This document shows, piece by piece, positions 34,682 through 45,472 of a DNA stretch of 64,000 nucleotides. Below the pieces are notes generated by a model. That model searched no databases and had not been told where the DNA came from. It worked only from the letters and a program-made list of their open reading frames with translations. Made by a program: the position numbers and the translations under genes. Source of the stretch: an uncultured delta proteobacterium (GTDB lineage Bacteria; Desulfobacterota; Binatia; UBA9968); the NCBI GenBank assembly GCA_963727625.1, contig CAVSHR010000004.1, positions 352,001 to 416,000 on the forward strand. The letters are read 5' to 3'. Numbering within the stretch: the stretch's first letter is position 1; the number at the start of each line of letters is the position of its first letter.

Positions 34682-36427
34682 TTAACCCCGTCCCTTGCGC
34701 CCGCCTTCATTGTCCTCATCGCGGTCCAGCCGGAGCTCGTCGCCGAGCAAAGACTCGAAGGAGAACCGGCCGCCTTCTTTCTCCCGCTTCAAGTAATTTT
34801 CCATCTCCACGCGCTCTTCGGTACGGCGCAGGGCGCGAACGCTGAGGCCGATCTTGCGATCGGCCGGGTCGATGCTCACCACCTCGGCTTCGACTTCGTC
34901 GCCGACCTTGAAGAGACTCGACGGTTTGTCGACCCGTTCGGTGCTTAACTGGGAGACGTGAATCAATCCTTCGACGCCTTCTTCGATACGTACGAAAACG
35001 CCGAAGTCCGGCAGGCTGGTTACCTGACCTTTGACTTTCGATCCCACCGGATGGCGGTCCGCCACGACTTTCCAGGGATCGGGCGCGAGCTGTTTGATAC
35101 CGAGAGAGAAGCGCTCGTTCTCGACGTTGATGCCGAGAACTTTCGCTTCGACGATATCGCCCTTCTTGTACAGCTCGGACGGATGCTTGACCTTCTTAGT
35201 CCAGTGCAAATCGGAAATATGCACCAGGCCGTCGATGCCTTCCTCGATGCCGACAAAGATACCAAAGTCGGTGATGTTGCGCACCGGGCCCTTGATCACG
35301 GTGCCCACTTGATATTTTTCCTTTGCCGCTTCCCATGGATTTGCCATGATCTGTTTAAGCCCGAGCGAGATCCGCCGATGCGACGCGTCGACGTTCAAGA
35401 CCACCACCTCGACTTGCTGACCAACCTGGAGAATCTTCGACGGATGGGTCACCTTGCGCGTCCAAGACATCTCGGAGATATGCACCAATCCTTCGATGCC
35501 GCTCTCCAATTCGACGAAGGCGCCGTAGTCCATCAAACTGATCACTTTGCCTTCGACGCGGGTTCCGACCGGATATTTCTCCGCCACGGTGTGCCAGGGA
35601 TCGGGCATCAGCTGTTTCATGCCGAGGGAGATGCGCTCCTTCTCGGCGTCGAACTTGAGCACCACGACTTTGATTTTTTCGCCCACCTGGACGATCTCGG
35701 ACGGATGATTGATTCGGCCCCAGGACATATCGCTGATGTGCAGGATACCGTCGATGCCGCCGAGATCAACGAAGGCGCCGTAGCCGGTGATGTTTTTGAC
35801 CGTGCCCTCGAGAATCACGCCTTCTTCGAGCACCTTCAGAATTTCTTGTTTTAGCGAATCGCGTTCTTTTTCCAGCAGCGCCCGGCGCGAGACCACGACG
35901 TTGCCGCGGGCGCGGTTAAACTTGAGGATCGCAAATCGGTCGGTTGTACCGATAAACCGATCGAGATTGCGGCTCGGACGAATATCCACGTGCGAGCCGG
36001 GAAGAAACGCCGGCACGCCGACATCGACCTTGAAACCGCCCTTTACCTTGCCGACGATATGTCCCTCGACGGCCCGCTCCTCGTTAAAGGCATTTTCGAG
36101 CTCTTCCCAAACCTTGAGGTTCTCGGCCCGTTGCCGCGACAGCACGATGCCCCCGCCTTCGGATTCCGAAGAGTCGAAAAATACGTCGACGTCGTCGCCG
36201 ACCTTAACTTGTACGTTCCCCTGGCGGTCGGTGAATTCTTGAATCGGAATCTGTCCTTCGGATTTATAACCGACATCGATGAGTACATGGGTCGCGGTGA
36301 TGCCGACCACTCTGCCCTTAACAACTCCGCCGGGTTTGACCGTGCGCAGGCTCTCCTCGAACATCGCCTCAAACTCGCTAGCGCCGCCTGCATTCGCGCC
36401 CTGCTTCCCTTCATCCTGTTCTGCCAT
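34682..36427 (-). CDS. rpsA: 30S ribosomal protein S1
   Basis: Six S1 repeats (YGAFVDLGGIDG.LHISD); follows cmk. Confidence 0.97.
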   Translation of the reverse strand: MAEQDEGKQGANAGGASEFEAMFEESLRTVKPGGVVKGRVVGITATHVLIDVGYKSEGQIPIQEFTDRQGNVQVKVGDDVDVFFDSSESEGGGIVLSRQRAENLKVWEELENAFNEERAVEGHIVGKVKGGFKVDVGVPAFLPGSHVDIRPSRNLDRFIGTTDRFAILKFNRARGNVVVSRRALLEKERDSLKQEILKVLEEGVILEGTVKNITGYGAFVDLGGIDGILHISDMSWGRINHPSEIVQVGEKIKVVVLKFDAEKERISLGMKQLMPDPWHTVAEKYPVGTRVEGKVISLMDYGAFVELESGIEGLVHISEMSWTRKVTHPSKILQVGQQVEVVVLNVDASHRRISLGLKQIMANPWEAAKEKYQVGTVIKGPVRNITDFGIFVGIEEGIDGLVHISDLHWTKKVKHPSELYKKGDIVEAKVLGINVENERFSLGIKQLAPDPWKVVADRHPVGSKVKGQVTSLPDFGVFVRIEEGVEGLIHVSQLSTERVDKPSSLFKVGDEVEAEVVSIDPADRKIGLSVRALRRTEERVEMENYLKREKEGGRFSFESLLGDELRLDRDEDNEGGRKGRG

Positions 36428-36447
36428 GCAAACCAACTCCGATCTAT

Positions 36448-37170
36448 TTAATTTACTTGTCTCTTCTTTTGAATTGCCGCCAGCGCTCGGGCCGCAACTG
36501 CATCGGCGTCAACGCCCGATGAATCGATCATCAGGGCGTCCTCCGCTTTGCGCAGCGGCGCGATGTCGCGCTCGCTGTCGCGCCTGTCCCGTTCTTCGAT
36601 TTCGCGCATCGTCTCGGCCAAATCCACGGCGCGCCCAGCCGCCTTGATTTCGTCGTAACGGCGCCGGGCCCGCTCGCGCACCGAAGCGTCAAGAAAAATT
36701 TTGACCTCGGCTTGCGGAAATATCACGGTGCCGATATCCCGCCCCTCGGCGACCACGCTGCCGCGCCGCCCCATGGCGCGCTGCAAATCCAGCATGCGCC
36801 GCCGGACGGGCCGCAAAGCCGAAACTTTGGAGGCCATTTGGCTCACCTCCGGAGTGCGGATCTCGCCGGCCACGTCGCAGCCATCCAACGACACGACGAG
36901 ATTGCCTTGCTTCTCGGCTAAATCGATCTCTGTCACCCTTATCAATTCTGCCAACATCTCATCATCCGCCAAATCGACGCCTTCACGCAAGACCTTTAAA
37001 GCCAGGGCCCGATACATCGCCCCGGTGTCCAAATAAATGAAATTAAGCTCTTTGGCCAAGCGCTTTGCCAAGGTGCTCTTGCCGGCACCCGACGGCCCGT
37101 CGATGGCGATGATCAACCGCTCCCCCTTGTCGCGCCGACTATCCTCTGTCTCTGCACCTAATGCAAACAA
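36448..37170 (-). CDS. cmk: Cytidylate kinase
   Basis: IAIDGPSGAGKST, DTGAMYR, EGRDIGT. Confidence 0.96.
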   Translation of the reverse strand: MFALGAETEDSRRDKGERLIIAIDGPSGAGKSTLAKRLAKELNFIYLDTGAMYRALALKVLREGVDLADDEMLAELIRVTEIDLAEKQGNLVVSLDGCDVAGEIRTPEVSQMASKVSALRPVRRRMLDLQRAMGRRGSVVAEGRDIGTVIFPQAEVKIFLDASVRERARRRYDEIKAAGRAVDLAETMREIEERDRRDSERDIAPLRKAEDALMIDSSGVDADAVAARALAAIQKKRQVN

Positions 37171-38444
37171 ATTTCCGCCAGCAAATCAAAGAACACCGGA
37201 AACGAAATGTCAGCGCAGCTCGCGTCGTCAATCTCGACGCCGTTGGTGCTGACCAATCCGGCAATCGCAAACGACATCGCGACGCGATGGTCGGCGTAGC
37301 TTTTGACGGCGCCGCCTTTGAGCTTTTTGCCGCCGGTGATCGTCATACCGTCTTCGCGCGCCTCGACCTGTGATCCGATGGCGCGCAACCCTTCGGCCAT
37401 CGCCGCGATGCGGTCCGACTCTTTAAATCGCAGCTCCTGCACATCGGAAAACGTCGTCACGCCGTCGGCGACGGCGGCGGCGACGGACAGGATCGGATAC
37501 TCGTCGATAGTCCGCGCCACCATTTCGGAGCCGACGTTCACGCCGCACAAAGGACCGCCGGCCACGTGGATATCCACAACTCGCTCCCCCGCCTCAAACC
37601 GTTCGTTCTCCAATTCGATCGACGCGCCCATGCGTCTGAGAATTTCGATCACGCCGGCACGCGTCGGATTGCAGCCCACGCCGCGAATCAAAAGGTCCGA
37701 TCCGGGAACCATCGCCGCCGCGACCAAAAAAAATGCCGCTGATGAAATGTCGCCCGGGATACGCACCTCCCGACCCGCGAGCCGCTGGCCGCCGGTAATA
37801 TTTATCGTTAAGCCCTTCACGGAAATCTTACCACCGAAACCGTCGATCATGACTTCCGTATGGTCGCGCGATTGCTGCAACTCCTCGATGGTCGTTTGCC
37901 CTTCGGCTTGCAAGGCCGCGAGCAAGATCGCCGATTTTACCTGGGCGCTGGCAATCGGCATACGATAGCAAATGCCACACAAGTCGCCGCCGTCAATTTC
38001 CAGAGGCGCCAGTCCGCTGTCGCTCCGGCTCTTGATCCGCGCACCCATCCGGCTCAATGGATCGATCACCCTCTGCATGGGCCGTTGGCGCAGCGAGGCG
38101 TCGCCGTCCAATTCGCTGTGAAACGGCCGTCCCGCCATCAGGCCGGAGAGCAGGCGCATGGTCGTGCCTGAATTGCCGCAATCGATCGGCGCCGCCGTTC
38201 CGCGCAGTGCGTCCCAGCCCTTCCCCTCGACACGGAGCGCGTCGCCTTTGCGAAAAATTTCCACGCCCAGTTGGCGAAAGGCACGAACCGTGCGCGAGTT
38301 ATCATCGCCGCCGGAAAGATTGAAAATCCGGCTCGTACCCTGGGCCACGGCGGAAAAGATCACCGCCCGGTGGGCGATTGATTTATCCCCCGGCACGGCG
38401 ATCTCGCCCTTGAGCGGTTTATTGATCGGTTCGATCCGTTTCAT
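37158..38444 (-). CDS. aroA: EPSP synthase
   Basis: PGDKSIAHR, DCGNSGTTMR, SAQVKS, KESDR, DHR. Confidence 0.97.
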   Translation of the reverse strand: MKRIEPINKPLKGEIAVPGDKSIAHRAVIFSAVAQGTSRIFNLSGGDDNSRTVRAFRQLGVEIFRKGDALRVEGKGWDALRGTAAPIDCGNSGTTMRLLSGLMAGRPFHSELDGDASLRQRPMQRVIDPLSRMGARIKSRSDSGLAPLEIDGGDLCGICYRMPIASAQVKSAILLAALQAEGQTTIEELQQSRDHTEVMIDGFGGKISVKGLTINITGGQRLAGREVRIPGDISSAAFFLVAAAMVPGSDLLIRGVGCNPTRAGVIEILRRMGASIELENERFEAGERVVDIHVAGGPLCGVNVGSEMVARTIDEYPILSVAAAVADGVTTFSDVQELRFKESDRIAAMAEGLRAIGSQVEAREDGMTITGGKKLKGGAVKSYADHRVAMSFAIAGLVSTNGVEIDDASCADISFPVFFDLLAEICLH

Positions 38445-38454
38445 CGAGCTGTCA

Positions 38455-39318
38455 TCAAGGAATCCGCTCGCGCAGTTCGTACGCGCGCGCAAATTCCTTC
38501 TCCAACGCCGCGCCCTTGCCGGCGCGGATCCAGCGATTGAGCTGCTCCAAGTATTTTATATAGTCGCCAAGGGAGCGACTCAGGGCGCGCCGATTCATCA
38601 AACAAATATCGCGCCAGAGCTCCGGCCGGCTCGACGCGATCCGGGTAAAATCTTTGAAACCGCCGGCGCAATATTTTTTGAGATCGATACCGCGCAGCGG
38701 CTGGCGCTCCAGGGCGTTGACCAGGGCATAAACCAACACATGGGGCAGATGGCTGATTACGCCGAGCACATGATCGTGCGCGTCCGGCGCCATCATCTCG
38801 ACTTCGGCGCCAACCTTGCGCCAGAGCGCGGCGATTTTGTTGAGCGCCTTGCGATCGGTTGTTTTCGTCGGCGTCAAAATACATCGATGGCCCAGAAACA
38901 GGTTGCGGCGCGCCGCCTGCGCGCCCCATTGCTCGCTGCCGGCGATCGGATGACCGGCGACAAAGGGAACGGTTTTCGGCAGCAACCGCTCCATGACGCG
39001 CACGATCTCGCCCTTGACGCTGCCCACATCGCTGATGATGCAACCGGCTTTTAGCTTGGGCAAAAATGCTTGGGTCAAAGGTGGGATAGCTTCCACCGGC
39101 GTGCCCATCATGAGAAAATCGACGTCGGCGGGAAACTCGTCCGGGTTAAGAAAATAACGGTCAATGATGCCTTTGCGCTTGGCCAAGCGCAGGTTGACTT
39201 CACCCCGTCCGTAGCCCACGATCTGCTTAGCTAACTTTTTGCGGCGCATATCGATGGCCAGGGAACCGCAAATCAGCCCGACTCCCGCCATCACAACCTT
39301 ATTAAACATCGCCGCCAT
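38455..39318 (-). CDS. tyrA: Prephenate/arogenate dehydrogenase
   Basis: GVGLICGS, DVGSVK, HPIAGSE, SHLPH, DFTRIA. Confidence 0.92.
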   Translation of the reverse strand: MAAMFNKVVMAGVGLICGSLAIDMRRKKLAKQIVGYGRGEVNLRLAKRKGIIDRYFLNPDEFPADVDFLMMGTPVEAIPPLTQAFLPKLKAGCIISDVGSVKGEIVRVMERLLPKTVPFVAGHPIAGSEQWGAQAARRNLFLGHRCILTPTKTTDRKALNKIAALWRKVGAEVEMMAPDAHDHVLGVISHLPHVLVYALVNALERQPLRGIDLKKYCAGGFKDFTRIASSRPELWRDICLMNRRALSRSLGDYIKYLEQLNRWIRAGKGAALEKEFARAYELRERIP

Positions 39319-39342
39319 TAACTGTGCCTCTGCGCCTGCCCC

Positions 39343-40440
39343 TCAGCGCGATCGAATGACCTTCTTCAGCGCACCGATAAATTTACGGTTCTCCGCCATC
39401 GTGCCGACGGTCACGCGAACATGGTCGGGGAACCGATAACCGGCGGTGGGGCGCACGATGACGCCTTGGCCGAGCAGTTGTTTAAAGACCTCTTGGCCCT
39501 TGCCGACGCGCACTAAAACAAAATTGGCCTGGCTCGGCACAAATTCTAAATTGAGCCGCTTGAACTCGCCTTGGAGGTAATCGAGCCCCTGGCGGTTCAC
39601 TTCCAGGCTGTGCTGAACATGGTCGGTGTCGTCCAGCGCCGCCAGAGCGGCCCACTGAGCCGGTGCATTGACATTGAACGGTTGGCGCACCCGCTGCATC
39701 AGGCTGACGACCTCCTTGGAGGCCACACCGTAACCGATGCGCAGCCCTGCCAGGCCGTATAATTTGGAAAACGTGCGCAGGGTAAGGATCGCGCGATCAT
39801 TGGCATGGTAGCGCAGTGAGTCGGGATAGTCGGAGTCTTGGACATATTCGAAATAGGCCTCGTCGACGATCAGTAATACGTCCCGCGATACGCTGTCGAG
39901 AAAGCGCTCCCACTCGGCGCGCCTGTATATAGTTCCGGTGGGGTTGTTCGGATTGGCTAAAAATACGACGCGCGTGCGCTCGGACACCGCCTTGGCAAGG
40001 CCGGCGAGATCGTGCGTGAAATTTTTGAGCGGCACTGCCAGGCTCTTTCCGCCCACCGCCTGAATGATCAATTGATAGACAACGAAAGCTTGTTCGGCCA
40101 TCACCGCTTCGTCGCCCGGGCGCATGAAGGTCCGGGCCGCCAGCTCGATGATCTCGTTGGAACCGTTGCCGAAGATCAGATTTTCCGGCGCCACGCCGAG
40201 CTTTTGCGACAGCGCCCGTTTCAAGTAAAAGCAATCGCCGTCGGGATATAGATTCAGCTGTTCCAATTTTGCCCGGACCGCGGCCACCGCCTTGGGCGAT
40301 GGACCCAGGGGGTTTTCGTTGGATGCGAGCTTCACCGAGTTGGCAATACCGTACTCGCGCTCCACCTCCTCGATCGGTTTACCCGGTTCGTAGGGAATCA
40401 ACGAACTAATGTATTCTGGAACTTGCTCGACCGTTTTCAT
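39343..40440 (-). CDS. hisC: Histidinol-phosphate aminotransferase
   Basis: KLASNENP, NPNNPTG, DEAY, RTFSK.YGLAGLRIGY. Confidence 0.95.
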   Translation of the reverse strand: MKTVEQVPEYISSLIPYEPGKPIEEVEREYGIANSVKLASNENPLGPSPKAVAAVRAKLEQLNLYPDGDCFYLKRALSQKLGVAPENLIFGNGSNEIIELAARTFMRPGDEAVMAEQAFVVYQLIIQAVGGKSLAVPLKNFTHDLAGLAKAVSERTRVVFLANPNNPTGTIYRRAEWERFLDSVSRDVLLIVDEAYFEYVQDSDYPDSLRYHANDRAILTLRTFSKLYGLAGLRIGYGVASKEVVSLMQRVRQPFNVNAPAQWAALAALDDTDHVQHSLEVNRQGLDYLQGEFKRLNLEFVPSQANFVLVRVGKGQEVFKQLLGQGVIVRPTAGYRFPDHVRVTVGTMAENRKFIGALKKVIRSR

Positions 40441-41513
40441 TTACCGCTCGGATAGGAACCCATAATCTTTAGAAACGAACAGTTTTTCTCCAGGCCGGCG
40501 ATCGCCTTTTTCACCACGGACTGTTCGCGATGACCGCGCAGGTCGAGAAAGAACAGGTATTGCCATGGCTTGTTCTTGATCGGCCGCGATTCGATCTTGG
40601 ACAGATTGATCCGGCTGCGAGCGAAGGGCTGAAGCATGCGAAACAGCACTCCGGGTTTGTCCTGCACTGAAAAAACCAAAGACGTTTTATCGTCGCCGCT
40701 CGGCGGCGCGCTCATTTTACCAATAACCAAGAACCTGGTGATATTCGTGCTCTGGTCCTCGATGTTGGCCGCCACGACTTTGAGGTCGTAGACTTCCCGA
40801 GCCATAGCGCTCGCAACCGCCGCCAGCGACGGATCGGCTGCCGCCTGGATCGCCGCATGCGCCGTGCTCGCCACTTCTTCCACCGGTACCGACGGAAAAT
40901 GGTGTGTCAGCCAGTCGCGGCATTGGGCCAACGCCTGGGGATGGGAAATGATCCGCTTGACGTCTTTCGCCCGGCCCGAGCGTGATAATAGATTGTGATG
41001 AATCTCTTGATAAATCTCCGCGCTGATTCGCAGATCGGAATTGACCAGCTCGTCGAGCGTGTGCGCTACCGCGCCTTCGGTCGAATTCTCGATCGGCACG
41101 ACGCCGAAAGCGGCGCGTCCCTGCGCGACGTCCTGAAATACTTCGGCAATGCTCGCCGTCGGCCGCAAGTTGACTAATGAACCGAATTTCTCCCTGGCGG
41201 CCAGATGAGTGTAGGTCGCCTCAGCGCCGAAAAAAGACACATCGAGCGGCCCCTCGAGAGAGCGACAAGCGGATATGATTTCGCGAAAAACGGCGCGTAC
41301 GGCCGGAGCTGGGAGCGGTCCGCAATTTAGCTGGCAAGCACGCTCAAGAACGTCTTTTTCACGATGGGGAGCGTAAACCTCTTGCTTGCTTTGGCTCTTA
41401 AAATGGCCGATCCTCTGCGCCAGAGAAGCCCGGTCATTTAGAAGTTTGACGATTTGCGCATCAACTTGATCGATTTTTTTTCTTAGAACATCGACCGACT
41501 CATTACGACTCAA
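40437..41513 (-). CDS. pheA: Chorismate mutase / prephenate dehydratase
   Basis: LRKKID..D, PIENSTEG, SHPQAL.QC, N.TRF, IESRP. Confidence 0.96.
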   Translation of the reverse strand: MSRNESVDVLRKKIDQVDAQIVKLLNDRASLAQRIGHFKSQSKQEVYAPHREKDVLERACQLNCGPLPAPAVRAVFREIISACRSLEGPLDVSFFGAEATYTHLAAREKFGSLVNLRPTASIAEVFQDVAQGRAAFGVVPIENSTEGAVAHTLDELVNSDLRISAEIYQEIHHNLLSRSGRAKDVKRIISHPQALAQCRDWLTHHFPSVPVEEVASTAHAAIQAAADPSLAAVASAMAREVYDLKVVAANIEDQSTNITRFLVIGKMSAPPSGDDKTSLVFSVQDKPGVLFRMLQPFARSRINLSKIESRPIKNKPWQYLFFLDLRGHREQSVVKKAIAGLEKNCSFLKIMGSYPSGK

Positions 41514-41656
41514 TGATTACCTCGCCCGGCGCACACCAGTCAAGGCTCGATGCCTTGGCGCCGTCCACGTAAGCTATCTTAATCCTTGAACTATTGCAAA
41601 TAATACCGGCTTCAGGGGTTGACTCCGGCGGGAATGAGCCGTTATCACACTGACAA

Positions 41657-42541
41657 ATGCGTGAAATCGTCTTAGGCGCCAACGAGATACCCAAGAGAGT
41701 CGAGAGTTTTTTAAAAAAGCGGTTCCCGATCGGTTATGTCAGGAAGCTTTTCCGCAAGAGCGGGGTGCGCGTCAACGGCCGGCGGGCCAAGGCGGAGGAT
41801 GTAATTCGCGCGGGCGACCGGATTCAACTCTACATTCCCTTTGAAGCCGATAAAAAATACCTCGCCCCGATCGCGCGTCCAGACAAGCTCGAAATCGTTT
41901 TTGAGGACGACACGCTTCTAGTGGTGAACAAATGCGCCGGGCTTGCCGTACATGAAGGCAGGACTATCAGCAAAAAAGATTCGGTTCTGGGAATGCTCGA
42001 AGCAAAATACCGTGACCGAGGCATTAAACCGCAACTCGTCCACCGCCTCGACAAAGACACATCCGGTCTGCTGTTAATTGCAAAGAATCCACAAAGCGCC
42101 GATAAATTGATGGCGCTTTTCGACTCGGGCGAGGTCGGCAAAGAATATCTCTGCCTGGTTGTCGGGCGGCTGCCATTTAACGACGGCAAGATCGACTTCC
42201 CTTTGCCCGGGCGTGAGAGCAAGCCGGTTCGCGCTCTCACCCATTACCGGGTCCTAAAGCGCTATCCGGAGACTACCCTGGTGCGGGTGATCATCGAAAC
42301 TGGCCGGCTGCATCAAATCCGTTTGCACTTCGCCAAGCTCGGTTATCCCGTGGTGATGGACGATCAGCACGGCGATTTCCAATTTAATAAACGCTTTCGC
42401 AAGGCATTCGGGTTGAAGCGCCAGTTTCTGCACGCCGAGAAATTGAAACTGAACTATGGCGGGAAGCCGCGGCAGTGGACAGCGCCGATTGAGAAAGACT
42501 TGCGCAACACTCTCGACCTAATGTCGGACGAGCTATGCTGA
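41657..42541 (+). CDS. RluA/RluC family pseudouridine synthase
   Basis: S4 domain, VHRLDKDTSG, TGRLHQIR.H. Confidence 0.92.
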   Translation: MREIVLGANEIPKRVESFLKKRFPIGYVRKLFRKSGVRVNGRRAKAEDVIRAGDRIQLYIPFEADKKYLAPIARPDKLEIVFEDDTLLVVNKCAGLAVHEGRTISKKDSVLGMLEAKYRDRGIKPQLVHRLDKDTSGLLLIAKNPQSADKLMALFDSGEVGKEYLCLVVGRLPFNDGKIDFPLPGRESKPVRALTHYRVLKRYPETTLVRVIIETGRLHQIRLHFAKLGYPVVMDDQHGDFQFNKRFRKAFGLKRQFLHAEKLKLNYGGKPRQWTAPIEKDLRNTLDLMSDELC

Positions 42542-42565
42542 ACCGTGCGACTGTTTTCCTGATTT

Positions 42566-43201
42566 TCACAGTTTCCGCACCAACATGATACCGTCGCGCA
42601 GCGGCAACAAGACATTTTCCACCCGTGGGTCGTTGCGGATGCGCTTGTTGAGTGCGTCGATCGCTCTGGTGCCCTGGTCTTGCGGATAGAGGACGCGGCC
42701 TCCTCTCATCATGTTGTCCAAAATAATTAATCCATGGGACCGAACCAGCTCCAAGCAGCGATCGTAGTAGATACCGTAATTTTCTTTGTCAGCGTCGATA
42801 AAACAAAGATCGAAGGGGCCCCAGATGGACCTCAGCGAATCCAACGCGGGGCCAAGTTTGATTTCGATTTTATTGCCGTGCGGGCTATCGGCAAAATAGC
42901 GCTTGGCGATTTCCGCGGTCTCGGGATTGATCTCGCAGGTTACCACGCGCCCGTCTTTGGGCAATGCTTCGGCCCAAGCCAGCGTGCTGTAGCCGGTAAA
43001 CATGCCGATTTCGAGGATGCGCCGGGCGCCGGTCATCTCGGCCAGCATTTTCAGAAACTGACCTTCCACCGGTCCGACCATCATCGCCGGGCTATGGGTC
43101 TTCGAGTAGGTCTCCACCCAGAGTTTGTCGTGCAGAGCGGATAACGGCTTGCTGCACCGTTCCGCGTAGTCTTCTATCCCAATCGGCCGTACGTCGAGCA
43201 T
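42566..43201 (-). CDS. O-methyltransferase (CCoAOMT-like)
   Basis: LEIGMFTGYS, FIDADK, DN. Confidence 0.9.
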   Translation of the reverse strand: MLDVRPIGIEDYAERCSKPLSALHDKLWVETYSKTHSPAMMVGPVEGQFLKMLAEMTGARRILEIGMFTGYSTLAWAEALPKDGRVVTCEINPETAEIAKRYFADSPHGNKIEIKLGPALDSLRSIWGPFDLCFIDADKENYGIYYDRCLELVRSHGLIILDNMMRGGRVLYPQDQGTRAIDALNKRIRNDPRVENVLLPLRDGIMLVRKL

Positions 43202-43272
43202 TTTACTTTCCCTACCAATTCCGAAACATACCCGAATAGCAAAATCCTGAGAGCTTGTCTTGATCAATGTCC

Positions 43273-44022
43273 TTACGGTCCGGTCAGCCGCATGCCGCCG
43301 TCCACCGGCAAGATCGCTGCCGTCACCATCGAGGCTTCCTCCGAGGCGAGATAAAGCGCCGCGCAAGCGACGTCCTGCGGTTCACCGATGCGGCCGAGCG
43401 GCACTCGAGTTTTGTATCGCGCAAGCTTCTCGGGCGTCGAGGTGTCGACCATCGGCGTGCGCGTCGGACCGGGACAGATACAGTTGACGCGAATCTTATC
43501 TTTTGCGTGGTCCATGGCCATCGCTTCGGTCAATCGCACCATGCCGCCCTTCGATGCGCAATAGGCCGCCCGCCCCGATTGGCCGAGCATGCCCGAGCGC
43601 GCCGCGATATGCAGGATCACGCCGCCGCCGCGCTTTATCATTTCGGGAATCGCCAGGCGCGAGACGATGAAGGCGCCTTTGAGATTGACGTCGAGCGTGC
43701 GGTCCCAATCTTCTTCCGTGATGTCGGTGATGCTGCCGTTGGTGCGCACGCCGGCGCTGTTGACGACGATATCGATACCGCCCAACTGTTGGACAGTCGC
43801 ACCGATCAAGGCTTTCATCTGCGCCGAGTTGGAAACATCGCCCGGCCAATAAAGCGCCCTGCCGCCGATTTTCTCGACCATGGCAACCGTCTCGCGGCCC
43901 TTCGCTTCGGTAGGAGACGTTCCCGCCACAACCGCGCCTTCTTTTGCAAACATGACCGCTATCGCCTGTCCCAATCCTGACCCAAATCCGGTAATAAACG
44001 CCGCTTTCCCTTTAAGTTTCAT
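43273..44022 (-). CDS. SDR family oxidoreductase
   Basis: TGFGSGLG, NSAG, YCASK. Confidence 0.92.
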   Translation of the reverse strand: MKLKGKAAFITGFGSGLGQAIAVMFAKEGAVVAGTSPTEAKGRETVAMVEKIGGRALYWPGDVSNSAQMKALIGATVQQLGGIDIVVNSAGVRTNGSITDITEEDWDRTLDVNLKGAFIVSRLAIPEMIKRGGGVILHIAARSGMLGQSGRAAYCASKGGMVRLTEAMAMDHAKDKIRVNCICPGPTRTPMVDTSTPEKLARYKTRVPLGRIGEPQDVACAALYLASEEASMVTAAILPVDGGMRLTGP

Positions 44023-44129
44023 CGCCACGCGTCCTCCCTGGAAGCCAAGACGAGGAACTTTCACAAAAGTTGACTCGGTTCCGGCTCATTGTTACCTTTA
44101 GAAAACAATCATGGAAGGATTTCAAGTGC

Positions 44130-45386
44130 ATGGCGGAAACCAACGATCAAAGAGTGCCGGTCACCGTACTTACCGGTTTTCTCGGCGCCGGCAAGACGAC
44201 CTTACTTAACCGAATATTGACCGCCGATCACGGCCGGCGTGTCGCCGTCATCGTCAACGAATTCGGCGAAGTCGGCATCGATCATCATTTGCTGATTTCC
44301 TCCGACCAAGAAGTTGTCGAAATGAGCAACGGCTGCATCTGCTGCACCGTGCGCGGCGACCTGTTACGAAGCTTATTCGGACTTCTCGACCACCGGGACA
44401 AATTCGACACGCTGATGATCGAAACCACCGGCCTCGCCGATCCCGCGCCGGTGGTGCAGAGTTTTTTCGTCGATGATCGAATCAAAAGCGAATATCAGCT
44501 CAACGGCGTCGTCACGGTAGTCGATGCCAAGCATATTTTCCAACAACTGGGCAACTCGCCGGAGGCAAAAGAACAAATCGCCTTCGCCGACATGGTGCTG
44601 CTCAACAAAATCGATTTGATCAATCCCGAGGATCTGCCCGAGCTCGAATTCAAGCTGCGCAATTTAAACGGCGCCGCGCGCATTTGCCAGACGCGCAACT
44701 CCGACGTCGATATCGGCACAGTCTTGGATCTGCGTAGCCTTGATGTCGAAGTCCGAGCAGAAAACCACGATCACAACCATAGTCACACCGACGACATCGA
44801 AACGGTGTCGATTACTACGCCGGGCGATCTCGACGGTTTAAAGCTGAGCCACTGGTTTCGCGCGCTGCTGGCGGAATTCGGGGAGCACATTATGCGCATG
44901 AAGGGGATTCTAAACCTGCGCAAAGATCCCGATCAGTTCGTGTTCCAGGGCGTGCACATGCTTTTCGAAGGCCGCCCCGGCCGAGCTTGGGCCGACGATG
45001 AAGAACGGCTCAATCGGCTGGTGTTCATCGGCCGCAATTTGAATAAAGAGAAAATTAGTCAAGGTTTTTTGGATTGCATCACCACGGCGAGCGGCGCCTT
45101 ATCTGCCGAAGACATCGATCCGTTCGGGCGTAAGCAGGACGTGTCCAAGTTTACTCTCGACCAGATCCGCTACTGGGTGCAAACAATTTTGACGTTTCCG
45201 CCGGACGCGCCCATCGTGGTCAAGGAAGTCCCTTGCGTTAAAGCCGGCTGCCCGCCGGTGGAAACCGCGATCATGGTATTTCTCAAAAACGAGCCACCCC
45301 GGACTTTTAAGATCCTCGCGCGCATCAACGAGGTCACCTTCGATCACGTCTATAACTTGATCGAAAATCCGCTACCCTGCTGCTGA
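44130..45386 (+). CDS. CobW/COG0523 metallochaperone GTPase with a Cys-containing C-terminal extension
   Basis: GFLGAGKTT, NEFG, GCICC, ETTG, His-rich linker, CobW_C domain. Confidence 0.92.
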   Translation: MAETNDQRVPVTVLTGFLGAGKTTLLNRILTADHGRRVAVIVNEFGEVGIDHHLLISSDQEVVEMSNGCICCTVRGDLLRSLFGLLDHRDKFDTLMIETTGLADPAPVVQSFFVDDRIKSEYQLNGVVTVVDAKHIFQQLGNSPEAKEQIAFADMVLLNKIDLINPEDLPELEFKLRNLNGAARICQTRNSDVDIGTVLDLRSLDVEVRAENHDHNHSHTDDIETVSITTPGDLDGLKLSHWFRALLAEFGEHIMRMKGILNLRKDPDQFVFQGVHMLFEGRPGRAWADDEERLNRLVFIGRNLNKEKISQGFLDCITTASGALSAEDIDPFGRKQDVSKFTLDQIRYWVQTILTFPPDAPIVVKEVPCVKAGCPPVETAIMVFLKNEPPRTFKILARINEVTFDHVYNLIENPLPCC

Positions 45387-45472
45387 TACGCGTTTAAGAT
45401 TTCGAGTCTCGGTCTCGATTTTTTTATTTGGCGACCCCTCTTGAAGCAACCCACGCCGGGTTATTCTCCACG

